Below are positions 40,703-54,240 of a stretch of 64,000 bases of DNA, one piece after another. The notes under the pieces were generated by a model. That model was not told the DNA's origin, did not search any database, and worked only from the letters and a program-made list of their open reading frames with translations. Both the position numbers and the translations under genes were made by a program. The stretch comes from Octopus vulgaris. Its lineage: Eukaryota. Position 1 is the first letter of the stretch. Each line of letters starts with the position of its first letter. Where the stretch lies: positions 39,246,001 to 39,310,000 of the forward strand of contig OX597831.1 in the NCBI GenBank assembly GCA_951406725.2, given 5' to 3'.

Positions 40703-40988
40703 TATCATAAGTTGAAGACGGGAAGGATGACTTCCCTTCACAAATACTGATAGGGCACAGATAGTGTGTCTATAGCCAGCTGGAGGAGATATCTTCCTGG
40801 GGCTACAAACTACAGTAGCATCCACCCTTAGGGGTTAGCCATATTCAAATGGCAAATATGCGTCACGATGTGTTACCGTTACTGTTTATAACTCGCTCTG
40901 AGATTTATCATCGTTATATTTATAAATATATATATATATATATGTACATATATGTATGTATGTATGCATGTATATATATGTTTATAAA

Positions 40989-41040
<52 letters not shown>

Positions 41041-41581
41041 CATATATATATACATATATATATGCATATATATGCACACATACAAACATATATAAGCGAA
41101 CACATTTAATCACACGCACACAGGTGCGTAACACACATATACGCACACACATACACAAACGCACACACACACACACACGCACACACACACAACAGAAAGC
41201 ATATACACACCTTTACCTACGTGTGATTACGACAAGACTGATATTTAAGCTAGAGACAACAACTGAACTACAGAAAATAACCTTCATTCCAACAATTGTC
41301 ACACGAAATCTTAAATTTGCACACACAAACACACACATATAACTATATATATATATATATATATAATCTGCTTCGACAGTGTTCTTCGGTTGTCTACCTT
41401 ATTAAGTATAAGGTCAAGTGAACCATTGCACTTAATGATTGTATTTGTTCATATCTATATTTACATCTCTACTTATAAACATCCTACTCATTGCTTATTT
41501 TTTATTTGTTTTTTTGTTTTTTGTTTTTATTTGCTTAGTTTCGAGTTTCTTTAACTTTTAACTGAATTTTGGTACAGTATT

Positions 41582-41618
<37 letters not shown>

Positions 41619-41738
41619 ACATATATGTGTCTATGCGTATATGCGTATATGCGTATGTGTGCGGATATTTACGTCTATGGTTATAAATATATATATATAT
41701 GTAACTATGTATATATATATATATATATTCATTCATAT

Positions 41739-41798
<60 letters not shown>

Positions 41799-41941
41799 AT
41801 ATATACACGTACGTATATGCATATACATGAGTGCGTATATATATATACATATATATAATATAATATAGTATAAATAATATAAACGCACTCATGTATATGC
41901 ATATATATATACATTTATATATCTATGTATGTACACGCACA

Positions 41942-41997
<56 letters not shown>

Positions 41998-42821
41998 CAT
42001 ACATACATGCATACATACATACAAACATATATACATACAAAGATACATACATATACGGTTACATTCACACACATAGATTTGCACATATATATGTAAGTAT
42101 GTATGTATGTATGTATGTATGTATGTATGTATGCAAGTGGGTATGCATGTATCTAAGAATTTATATATGTGTGTGTGTGTGTATATGATTGGTGAAACAT
42201 TTAGGCAAATAGAACTCAAACTTTATGAATGTATATATATATATATTCTTAAAAATTTAGTCTTCAGAAGTATCTAGATGACTCAAGGGCTGAGAGTTTC
42301 CTGCATTGGCATTTACCAAACTTTATCGCTAGAGATAACGTCATCTACTTAAACATATTTTTTTTTTCAATATAGTCTGGAATAGATTATGTTTGATAAA
42401 GAATATATAAGTGGTCGTTAGATGCCACTACGGTCGTCATACGCTGGCGACATAATTGTTGATCTGGGATTAAACTACAATAGTTATAGGGACACATTTT
42501 TTTTACCCGTGTAATTTGAGAGATAGAATTTGTTAGTTCCATTGACGACACTAGTATCATTATTTGCCATCGTTGTATCGAGTGTCATATTTCATATTTC
42601 AGATACCATTTTCATTTTGGAACCAAAATGAAAGATTCTAAACAGACTTGACATAAAAACCGGTTTACATGTCAAACACCTACTCCTTAGAGAAGCCTCG
42701 ACAGCGACTACTCACACACACACGCACTCACATACACACACATACATACACGCAAACACTAACATACATATATCCATCCAGCATATATATCCATCTCCCA
42801 TATTGAGCCTATAGTAGAAAT

Positions 42822-42859
<38 letters not shown>

Positions 42860-42867
42860 TCATATAT

Positions 42868-43032
42868 AGGCGCAGGAGTGGCTGTGTGGTAAGTAGCTTG
42901 CTTACCAACCACATGGTTCTGGGTTCAGTTCCACTGCGCGGCACCTTGGGCAAGTGTCATCTACTATAGCCTCAGGCCGATCAAAGCCTTGTGAGTTGAG
43001 TTGATAGACGGAAACTGAAAGAAGCCCGCCGT

Positions 43033-43084
<52 letters not shown>

Positions 43085-43295
43085 TTGTTTGTCTGTATTT
43101 GTCCCCACCCACCATCGCTTGACAACCGATGGTGGTGTGTTTACGTCCCCGTAACTTAGCGGTTCTGCAAAAGAGACTGGTAGGATAAATGCTAGGCTTA
43201 CAAAGAATAAGTCCTGGGGTCAATTTGTTCGACCAAAGTCGGTGCTCCAGCAAGGCCACAGTCAAATGATTGAAACAAATAAAATAATAAAAGAA
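42868..43295 (+). mobile_element. SINE family A, full length
   Basis: ggcgcaggagtggctgtgtggtaagtagcttg head to gtcaaatgattgaaacaaataaaat tail; internal (TA)n. Confidence 0.92.
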
Positions 43296-43296
43296 T

Positions 43297-43361
<65 letters not shown>

Positions 43362-43389
43362 TATGTATATTTCTACTGTATATACAAGG

Positions 43390-43950
43390 TTTGAAATTTT
43401 AGTGGGTGGCGGGATAGACGATAAGAACGACCCCCAGTGCTCGATTGGTATTTATTGTATCGATCTCCAAATGATGGAAGATAAAATCAACCTCGGAGCA
43501 AATTGAACTCAACTCATATAAGCCTGCAGAAATGCCACTAAGCATTCTACCTGGCATGCTAAAGATTCTGCCAGCTCCCTACCTTTAATCGACCTAATTT
43601 ACATAGCAGCAAAGTCTCCTTCACAGTAAACCCTCGCAGTGCCATAAATTAGAAGGAAAAGACACATTGAATGATGTAGTCTATGATGTATTTTTGCGGC
43701 GGAATGATTATGTAAGGAACGCCGAGCTGGCAGAAACGTTAGCGCGGCGGGAGAAATGCTTAGCGCTATTTCCTCTGCCGCTACGTTCTGAGTTCAAATT
43801 CCGCCGAGATCGACTTTGCCTTTCATCCTTTCGGGGTCGATTAAATAAGAACCAGTTACGCTCTGGGGTCGATGTCATTGACTTAATCCGTTTGTCTGTC
43901 ATTGTTTGTCCCCTCTATGTTTAGCCCTTTGTGGGCAATAAACAAATAGG
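43390..43950. mobile_element. Two SINE B copies (old - copy 43390-43585; + copy 43714-43950)
   Basis: Core gcctttcatcctttcggggtcgat present in the + copy; degenerate reverse complement upstream. Confidence 0.82.
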
Positions 43951-43984
43951 AACGCCGTTGGTTATAGGTATTCTATATCAGGGT

Positions 43985-44505
43985 TTAGGTCTGGGTCTAA
44001 CCGTCGACAGTTACTGGTTGGTTTATCGTCTCAACATCACCAAGTCTGAATATAATCTCGATGGCAGAAGCATCGAAGCAGGTGATTCTGTTAGAACCCT
44101 TTGTTTCTTGAGAGGACCACATCGATGAAGCTAACATGAGTAAAAGGACGAAATATGCTGAATTAGTCGAGATGTGCCAAAGCAATGGGTAGCATATAAG
44201 GTGTGATTCCGTCGAGGTAGGAGGATACAGAGTATCTTCAGACCTTATAAATGCGTTTGGTATTATAGGGGTTAGTAGGCTGTGAAGGCAGCACAAGTTG
44301 CTTTAAGGTGATTGTGGATCAGAAGACGTCAGCCTTGGAAGGAGCAGTGCTTTAAGGAGCATCTGAGATACTGTTAACAGGACACAAGCTTGGGCTCGAT
44401 TAATCCCAGCTGGGTCGCCTTGGTTGGGGTGCCTCATATTCAACGACCCAAAACTCCTGATGACCCCAGGAAACGTCATTGATGATGTGTCCTGATGCAT
44501 CATAG
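43985..44505 (+). mobile_element. 3' end of a Hero-like (restriction-like endonuclease) non-LTR retrotransposon
   Basis: KQVILLEPFVS*EDHIDEANMSKRTKYAELVEMCQSNG*HIRCDSVEVG and R*LWIRR, followed by a GC-richer 3' UTR. Confidence 0.82.
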
Positions 44506-44699
44506 AATGATGTACTGAAAAACTGTTTAACTTTCTGACCAGTATTTTCTTTAATCTTTTCTTCACCCAATCTGTCGCTTTAGATCATAAATGCTTATTA
44601 GTGTAAGCCATAACGGCGTAGTAATTATTACATTATAATCAAATTCACAAATTCATGCTAAACTTACTCCTAGTTCGACACCAGCAGACCCTTAGACTT

Positions 44700-44757
<58 letters not shown>

Positions 44758-45397
44758 AGAGAGAGTGAAAGAGAGAGAGAGAGAGTTTATCAGTTGAAAG
44801 CCTGTGAACAAGCTCTAAAGTCTTGCGATAAACGCAACAGAATCTTCTTCACCTCTTGAGAGTTTTGGAGACTTTTTTAACAGAATGACTGGGGTTCGAT
44901 TTCTTCATCTGGTTACACCATATAAAGTTTCTTCTTTATCGTTTTTCTTTTTTCTTTTCTTTCACTGGTCGTCAAAACATCACCTTAAATGGACGGAAAC
45001 GGAAACAAATACAGGTAAATAAAAAAAGTTAGGTAACAAGGTCTCGGCTTCCAATTCTAATACAACAGGATTATAGAAAAATAAAATGGAAATTATGTAT
45101 TTTAGAAGTGAGATGACGATCGGCTGATCTCGAAATAATATTGAAAGTAAAAAAAAAGAGAATCAGTAATAATATTAAATATCGTTGTTATACGTGTTAA
45201 AATATTAAATAAAATAGCGACCTAGCAAGCGAAGAACACCTGCCAACAAAATGGCTGCAATAACTATCAACTGTGTACACACACAAACACACACGTACAT
45301 ATGTATGTATGTATATATGTATGTATGCATGTATGTATGTATGCATGTATGTATTATGTGTGATGTGTGCATATATGTGTGTATATATGTGTGTGTA

Positions 45398-45441
<44 letters not shown>

Positions 45442-45447
45442 CATAAG

Positions 45448-45506
<59 letters not shown>

Positions 45507-45542
45507 GTGTGTGTGTGTATGTATATATTTATATATATATAC

Positions 45543-45584
<42 letters not shown>

Positions 45585-45844
45585 ATATGTATATATACAT
45601 ATGCGTATATTTCTCTCTCTCTCTCTATGTGTGTGTGTGTTTGTTTGTTTGTGTGTGTGTATATATATATATATAGACAGACAGACATATTTAAGTATAT
45701 ATGGCGTAGATGGTCGAAATATCGAAGCAACTGGTTTAAGAATAATAAAAATATACTGTAACCCATCAGGTTAATGTGAAATTGCGTTTGTTTGTTGTTA
45801 TGCTGTATTAGTGTGGGTTTTATTTTCTATTATAACGGAACATA

Positions 45845-45985
45845 AGGCAGCAATCTGACAGAATCGTTAGCATGTCAGAGACAATGCTCAGAGACATTCT
45901 TCCCTCTTTAAGTTCAGAGTACAAATTCCGGCGAAACCGACTTCGCCTTTTATCGTTTCTGTGTCGATGAAATAAGTGCCAGCTT
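45845..45985 (+). mobile_element. Old SINE B copy
   Basis: aaggcagcaatctgacagaatcgttagcatgtc..acaaattccggcgaaaccgacttcgcctttt. Confidence 0.7.
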
Positions 45986-45986
45986 C

Positions 45987-46037
<51 letters not shown>

Positions 46038-46103
46038 ATACACATATATACATATGTATGTATATATATATATATATATACATAATACACATATATACAT
46101 ATG

Positions 46104-46151
<48 letters not shown>

Positions 46152-46847
46152 TACACCATATAAGTTATCGTCAGGCTTAGCTAGCCGCAACTTCGAAGTC
46201 ACTATCAACAACATTCTTGTTTAAAAATAATAATATTTTTTACTCTACAAAAGTATAGACTAGCTCATTAGCTTAATGTAGAATTGTTTCTTGAACATAA
46301 AAACAAACATTAATGTGTGTGTGTGTGTGTGTGACCAATAGTCTGCTCAATATATATAATATATATGCATACATATATACACAAATACATACATGCATAC
46401 ATACATACGTACATACATACATACATGCATAAATACGTACATACATACATATAAGATAGAACTTGACAGCATAGATGTCATAGAAAGGAAGGAATAGCTA
46501 GTCTTCTCATACTGTGTCAAGATAAATTTTACGTCAAGTCTATACAGATTTAACCTGTCCTAATGTAATATCCATTAATCTTGAGGCTAGTTGGTCACTT
46601 CTTCGTTATGTTGTAAAGTAGGTTTAGTTAAAACTAATTTGTTATATGTGTGGTCACCGTAGGCTGTCACAACTCGGGCAATAACATTCAATTGCTTGAA
46701 AATATCATATAATAACATCAAATTTATATCTCATAAAGCCACATTAGGACGTTTAATATCTACTGATATCCATTATCATTTACAAATATCTAATAATATC
46801 AAAGAACTTTCTAACTAATAAACATCAAACAAGACTACGTGAGGATG

Positions 46848-46908
<61 letters not shown>

Positions 46909-46946
46909 TGATGATGATGATGATAATGATAATAATAATAATAATG

Positions 46947-47075
<129 letters not shown>

Positions 47076-47199
47076 TCAACGATAATGATAACAAAAATAA
47101 CAACAGCATTTTTAATGATAGGAAATGTATTTATACCATGCACTGGAGTGCAATTTGTAATCTAAGTAGATGTACTCTAACAATAACAACAACAACAAC

Positions 47200-47271
<72 letters not shown>

Positions 47272-47332
47272 AACAACATCATCAACAACAACAACAACAA
47301 CAACAACAATAATAATAATAATAATAATAATA

Positions 47333-48372
47333 TACCAGGCAGCGGCTCTCATGGCTTCTGATCTTAACTGACTGGAAGTGTTATAACGTACATTGTTTTG
47401 TCTTGGTATAAAAGATGGGCTACAGCAAATATTCTGCTCAATACCACAGATTTGCTTGTCAGTTGTTTGACCGTAACCAGTTGAGCATGTCCCTTAGTGG
47501 CCGACGATATGTGCATCTCTGATCACGAGTAGAAGTAGTGGGGGCGCATTATAGCCATGTGTTGAGAGGGATTCTTTGGGGTTTGAATGATTCTCCTCTG
47601 GAAACATGAGTGTTTCATTCAACATCCTGAAACAACCCTTAATGAGGGACCTTTTGAGTGGGATGGGGTACCCAACCTGAAGAAAATTCTAACTGGGCCC
47701 CTCCCGCAAGGTTTTGCTCTGTATAATTTTTTTATGAGATCACCATGTCGCGCACATATGGTTGTGATGCATGTGCCTTGTGTACCCTTACCAGACGGGT
47801 AGTCAATATGGGTATACTGGGCTTCGTATATTTGTACCCCAGTATCAATTTGATGGCATGCACTGCTCTCTCACTCAATAGTAATAATAATAATGTTTTG
47901 TTTTGGTATAAAAGATGGGCTACAGCAAGTATTCTACTCAATACCACAGATTTGCTTGTCAGTTGTTTGACCATAACCAGTTGACCATGTCCTTTAGAGG
48001 CTGACAATATATGCATATCTGATCACGAGCAGAAGTAGTGGGGGAGCATCATCACCGTGTGTTGAAAAGATTCTTGGAGTTTGGATAATTCACCTTTGCA
48101 AACATGGGTGTTTCGTTCAACATCCATAAATACTCCTTATTCAGGGACCTTTTCAGCGGCATGGGCGACTCGACCAGAATCAAATTCTAACTGGGCCCCA
48201 CCTGGAAGGTCATGCGCTGTTTATGTGCGTATGAGATCACCAAGTCGCGCACATATGGTTGTGATGCATGTGCTAGGTGCACGCTTATCACACGGGTTGT
48301 CATGATGGGTATACTGGGCTTTTTATGTTTTACCCCAGTGTCATTTTCATGGCATGCACTGCTCTCTCACGC
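47333..48372 (+). mobile_element. Two tandem copies (about 47333-47878 and 47893-48372) of a roughly 550-bp non-coding repeat embedded in (TAA)n
   Basis: Shared ttggtataaaagatgggctacagcaa..ataccacagatttgcttgtcagttgtttgacc through gatggcatgcactgctctctcac-(taa)n; third partial copy on - at 63620-63815. Confidence 0.88.
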
Positions 48373-48378
48373 AATAAC

Positions 48379-48438
<60 letters not shown>

Positions 48439-48587
48439 TATAATAATAATAATAACAATAATAATGATGATGATGATAAAACTTTCTACTATAAACACAA
48501 GCCCAGAAATTTTGAGGGAGTGGAATTTTCGATTATATCGACTCCACTACTCAACTGGTACATAATTTATCGACCTCGAGAGGATGA

Positions 48588-48657
<70 letters not shown>

Positions 48658-48739
48658 GACACCGCCAAGCTAAAATGCCCATACGTCCATGATGTTGACC
48701 ACCAGCACCAGACCAGAATCCATACCAGATCGGTCGTCG

Positions 48740-48870
48740 CTCGGGCCAGGTTAACATCGAAGAATGGACAGGCATCAATTTTCGCCGAAGACCGAAAGAG
48801 GTGGCAAAATCTGGTTGCGAAAGCATCAAGGAATGACCTCGACGATATGATCACACGGTCAAGAGATAGG
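48740..48870 (+). mobile_element. RTE-like LINE 3' end fragment
   Basis: NIEEWTGINF / AEDRKRWQNLVAKAS resemble the RTE ORF C-terminus. Confidence 0.6.
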
Positions 48871-49317
48871 AAGAAAGGAAGGACACAAATTGCTGTGTGG
48901 CCATGCCATGCCTGGAAAGATTTTTATCTAAAACTTTGTTTAATCAAGCTTGATGTCAGAGAAATCATCGACAACATCACAAAAAAAAACAAGAATATCT
49001 GGTGTAGCAAACAATAACAACAGCAACGATAGTTTTTTTTTTTTTTTTTTTTTTTTACCCTGTCATGAGAATTAGCTTTATCTGCTTTACATCAAGCCAT
49101 GAATCTGCACACAGAGTTTGGCAGCAAAGAAGAATTTGTGCTTTAGTTTTTATTCGTTTATATTTCTTTCTAACTAATGGTTGTGTGGTCGAGAATTTAG
49201 CTCTCCTGACAACAAAGAAACAAAAAAAATAAATAAATAAATAAATAAATAAATAAAAGAAGCTTGCTACTATCAACCAATTGTAGCTTGAAAGTATTTC
49301 CTTCGGGCTGAATTATG

Positions 49318-49406
<89 letters not shown>

Positions 49407-49707
49407 GTTAATCTTCTGTATTTATGTTTCTGTATTATTATATATATATGTTTTCTAATCTCGTTGCTGTTTTCTTGGGGGCTGCCGTGATCTAGTATAT
49501 ATATATATACATATATATACATACATATATAAATATATATATATATATTATATATATATATACATATATATATACATATATAAATATATATATATACATA
49601 TACATATATATACACATATAGATATATAATACATAGATGAATATAAAGAGAGGGAGAGAGAGTGAGCAAGATTGATTGATACGTACATATGCATACATGC
49701 ATAATAC

Positions 49708-49764
<57 letters not shown>

Positions 49765-49903
49765 GTATATACACACATATATAATACATGAATAGATACA
49801 TAGTTAAATATAGAGAAAAAGAGTGGGAGCAAGATAGATATGTACATATACATGCATACATAATATATATTATACATAATATATATTATACATAATACAT
49901 ATG

Positions 49904-49934
<31 letters not shown>

Positions 49935-50090
49935 TACACACATATATATAATACATGGATAAATACATAGATAAATATATAGAGATAGAGAGAGTGAACA
50001 AAATTGACTGATACGTACATATACATACATACATATTACATATTATATATGTACATATGTATATGCGTATATATATATACATATATATGC

Positions 50091-50143
<53 letters not shown>

Positions 50144-50703
50144 CATACATACATATATATATATATGTGTAAATGTTTTCTTCTACAATGACAATGGCAT
50201 TATATTATTTTTTTATATTTATTTTATTCATTGGTTTATTTATTTATATTTTTCGTTTAGTTTATGTGACAAAAAATTACCTATGGGAACAAGGTGTATA
50301 AAAAAAAACGAATGATCTTCTGTTTTTTTTTGTTCGTTTACTGTTTTGTTTGGTTTTTCTGTTATGTTTTTTTTGGGTTTTGGTTTTTTTTTTTAAATAC
50401 AATTACGTACGGAGGATTGTGCCATTCAAAAAAATTAATAAATAAATAAATAAATGGACACTAGCTGTCGCTGACTGAAGGCAGCGGTAACAATGATGAT
50501 GATGATGAGGAGGAGGAGGAGGAGGAGGAGGATGGTGATGATGATGATGACGACGACGATGATGATAAAAGTGGTGGTGGTGGTGGTGGTTATGGTGATG
50601 ATGATGACGATGACGATAAGCACGATGATAACGACGAGGAGGGGGAAATAGGGGAAGGATGACGACCAGGGGAAGGAGACGGGGGGCGGACGAAGATGAT
50701 GGA

Positions 50704-50759
<56 letters not shown>

Positions 50760-50972
50760 GGATGATGATGATGATGGTGATGGTGGTGGTAGCGTCGGCA
50801 GCGGCTGTCCTCATAGTGGCTGTAGTCATGGTGATGATGGTGGGGATGATGGTGATAATGATGATGATGATGATGATGATGATACTGATGATAATGATGA
50901 CGACGATGTCAGCGACGATGACGATAACAATTCATGTATATATAGAGCTTTCATGTATATGTGTGTGTTTGA

Positions 50973-51030
<58 letters not shown>

Positions 51031-51308
51031 AGATTCCAAGAGCGTGTTTTCATGACTCTTTTCAAAGCTAGAATTCAAAAATAATTTGTACAACTTTTCT
51101 TGTGGTTTTTTCTGTTGGTATTTTTTACTTTCTTATGTTTCTGTGGCCTTTGTTTGTAGGCTTGTTTGTTTATTCCAATAATTTGTATATTTGTATTCAA
51201 TTTCTGCGTCAACACACGCACGTAAGTGTGTGAGTGTGTGTATGTGTGTGTGTGTACAAACATACATATATGCAAGTACATATATATGTGTATATAGATT
51301 TATGTATG

Positions 51309-51339
<31 letters not shown>

Positions 51340-51396
51340 ACGTGTGTGTACAAACATACGTATTTGTGAGAGGATATATATGCGTATATATATTTA

Positions 51397-51427
<31 letters not shown>

Positions 51428-51570
51428 ACACACAGACGTACATATGAGAGGATATATATGTGTATATATATTTATGTATATATATATTAATATATATGTG
51501 CATATGTGTATATATATACATATATACATATATATATATGTATATATATATGTGTCTCTGTATGTATATG

Positions 51571-51618
<48 letters not shown>

Positions 51619-52134
51619 ACATACATGTGTATATATGTATATACATATATATGTATGTATGTAGATATGTATGTATGTAGATATGTATGTATACATGTGT
51701 GTAATATATGATTCATACCTTTATACAAACTCTGTATACATATATATTCTTTCATTATCAATATTTTGCAGATATTGATATTAATCTTGTAGAAATTTCA
51801 TCGAAGAAAGCTATTAGAAATTCAACAAGAATTACTTTCTCGGAAGTGTGACGATGATGATTATGAGGTCGACAATGACTACGACGATGACAATGGCGAG
51901 ACGATGACGACGATGATTGATGATTGATGATTGATGATTGATGATGGTGCTGGTGATGATAACTACGACGACTACGACTATGGGTTCATAAAAAGTGTTG
52001 GCGGCGATGGTGATGATGATGGAAATAATGATGATGACGTCGATAATGATGATGATGATTATCACCACCACCACAACCACAACGTGGACGATGAGGAATA
52101 TGATGATGATGATGATGATTATGATGATGATGAC

Positions 52135-52167
<33 letters not shown>

Positions 52168-52422
52168 AATGATGATGACCACGACGACGATGATGATGAC
52201 GACGATAATGATGAAGATGATGATGATGATGATAACGACGACGACGAAAACGACGACGACGACGACGATGAGGAGGATGTGGATGATGGGGACGACGACG
52301 GTAGTCGAAATTAATTTTTTGAAAATGAAGATTTAAGCAGCTGTTTTCTTCTTTTTTTTGCTTTTTCATTTTCTTCGAGCAGTACCAATCGAGAGCAGCT
52401 AAAACTCAATTTAAATGTTGAT

Positions 52423-52496
<74 letters not shown>

Positions 52497-53059
52497 AAAT
52501 TGATTCCGTATCATAAGATAGACATTTATATCAGAAAGATTAAAAGCAACCTTCGCTACACAGCTTTGTTTTTATTGAGTCACGTTTAACTAAACATCAC
52601 GATAACAATAGTCAATAGAGATAAGAAAGACATTTCGTCTACTTCCGTTTTGTTTTATTTTGTTTTCTTATGTTTTTGTTGTGTTTTTCGGGCGAGTCTT
52701 TAACAAGATGGCAGAGACGGTCGGTTCTGTTACCAAACTGACAAAGACTTGGCTTAAATGAATTATACAAATGAGTAATGAGTAATGATTATGTATTTAT
52801 AGGGAGTAGAACAGCTAAAATCGAGGCGCCATATGTTTCTGAGCAAGCTGCTCCTCCAATGTAATAATTGTTCAATGAGGGGTACAAAGCTAAGCTATTC
52901 ATCGGGCAGGGAATACCTTGCAGCTTACAAAGCTTCCTACACTTGGATCTCTAGATCTTAGCCTTATATATCTATTTGTGTGTGTGTGTGCGTATGAGTG
53001 TATATGTGCGTGTGTGCGCGTGTGTGCGTGTATCTGTTATACACTCCAATTGTAAACGA

Positions 53060-53290
53060 CAGCTTGCCTGTATAGGAGCACGGCATGCTACACGTCAGAT
53101 GTCGAAGAGAGCGCAGAAACAAGATGACATGAAGTGTTTTGCTCAAGAACACAGCGCACCATCTTGTTTGAGAATCAAAACCATGATTATGCCGATCGTG
53201 AGTGGGGCACCCTAACCACTTGGCCCCACACATTCTCTCTTTTTCTCCCTTTTTCTCTCTCTCTCTCTCTTTCTGTTTCTCCTTCTCTTC

Positions 53291-53324
<34 letters not shown>

Positions 53325-53686
53325 TTTTAAGCTTTTTATTCTTTTATTTGTTTCAGTCATTTGACTGCGGACATGCTGGGGGTGACGCCTTTAGTCGAGC
53401 AAATCGACCCCAGGACTTAATCTTTGTAAGCCTAGTACTTATTCCATCGGTCTCTTTTGCCGATGTAAACACATCAGCATCGGTTGTCAAGCGATGTTGG
53501 GGGGGGGGGGGGAAGCACAGACATAGAAACATATACATACATGTATATAGATATATATATATACGACGGGCGTCTTTCAGTTTCCGTCTACCAAATCCAT
53601 TTGCCCAAGGTGCCACGCAGTGGAACTGAACCCGGAACCATGTGGTTGGTAATCAAGCTACATACCACACAACCACTCCTGCACCT
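53060..53686 (-). mobile_element. SINE C fragment (53060-53230) and SINE A with internal deletions (53335-53686)
   Basis: gaagtgttttgctcaagaacacagcgc; tttcagtcatttgactgcgg..accacacaaccactcctgcacc. Confidence 0.85.
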
Positions 53687-53758
53687 ATATATATATATGT
53701 GTGTGTGTGTCTGTGTGTGTATGTGTGTGTGTGTGTGTGTATGTTTGTATGTATATAT

Positions 53759-53841
<83 letters not shown>

Positions 53842-53842
53842 T

Positions 53843-54188
53843 GTTTCTTTATTAGCCACACAAGGTTGCACACAGGACAAATTACAAGGTAGAGCTTTTC
53901 TTTTGGGGGTAAAAAAAGGGGGTTTGGTTTTCGATCAAAAGGGATCGTAAAGGGAAAGAAAGAGGACAAAATAGGGGGGAATAAAATAAAATAAAATAAA
54001 ATAAAAGGGGGGGAGGGAAAAAAGGGAAAGGAAAAAAAATTGATCAATAGGGATCGTCATCACAGAAATGTCAATATGAAGTGTAAAGGGGAGGACAGGT
54101 GAGGTTTACCCGTGGAAAGAAAAGCCTACGGAAAAGACCACGGTAACCTCGGCCAATGAAGTCACATGTTATATTTCTTGCTTTTTTT

Positions 54189-54189
<1 letters not shown>
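53843..54189 (-). mobile_element. 5'-truncated Tx1/L1-type LINE (3' UTR only) inside (GATA)n
   Basis: Homologous to 59312-59660 (gtttctttatt.gccacaca..acaaattacaaggtagagcttttcttttgggg..gaaaagaccacggtaacctcgg); GATA arrays on both sides. Confidence 0.85.

Positions 54190-54240
<51 letters not shown>

Larger units (their letters stand above)
40096..40911. mobile_element. HHR-containing 352-bp non-coding unit: 1.4 tandem copies (+, 40409-40911) preceded by an inverted copy (40096-40407); retrozyme or PLE pseudo-LTR-like
   Basis: 40409-40559 repeats at 40761-40911; 40096-40407 is the reverse complement of 40558-40869 (near-identical 78-aa ORFs on opposite strands in the track). Confidence 0.88.

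Noticed and set aside
40140-40825. Two near-identical 78-aa ORFs on opposite strands
   Set aside because: A by-product of the inverted duplication; GTG start and no recognisable domain.
44455-44482. ctgatgaccccaggaaacgtc as a hammerhead
   Set aside because: It has CUGAUGA and GAAACGUC, but no helix II and no helix I complementarity.
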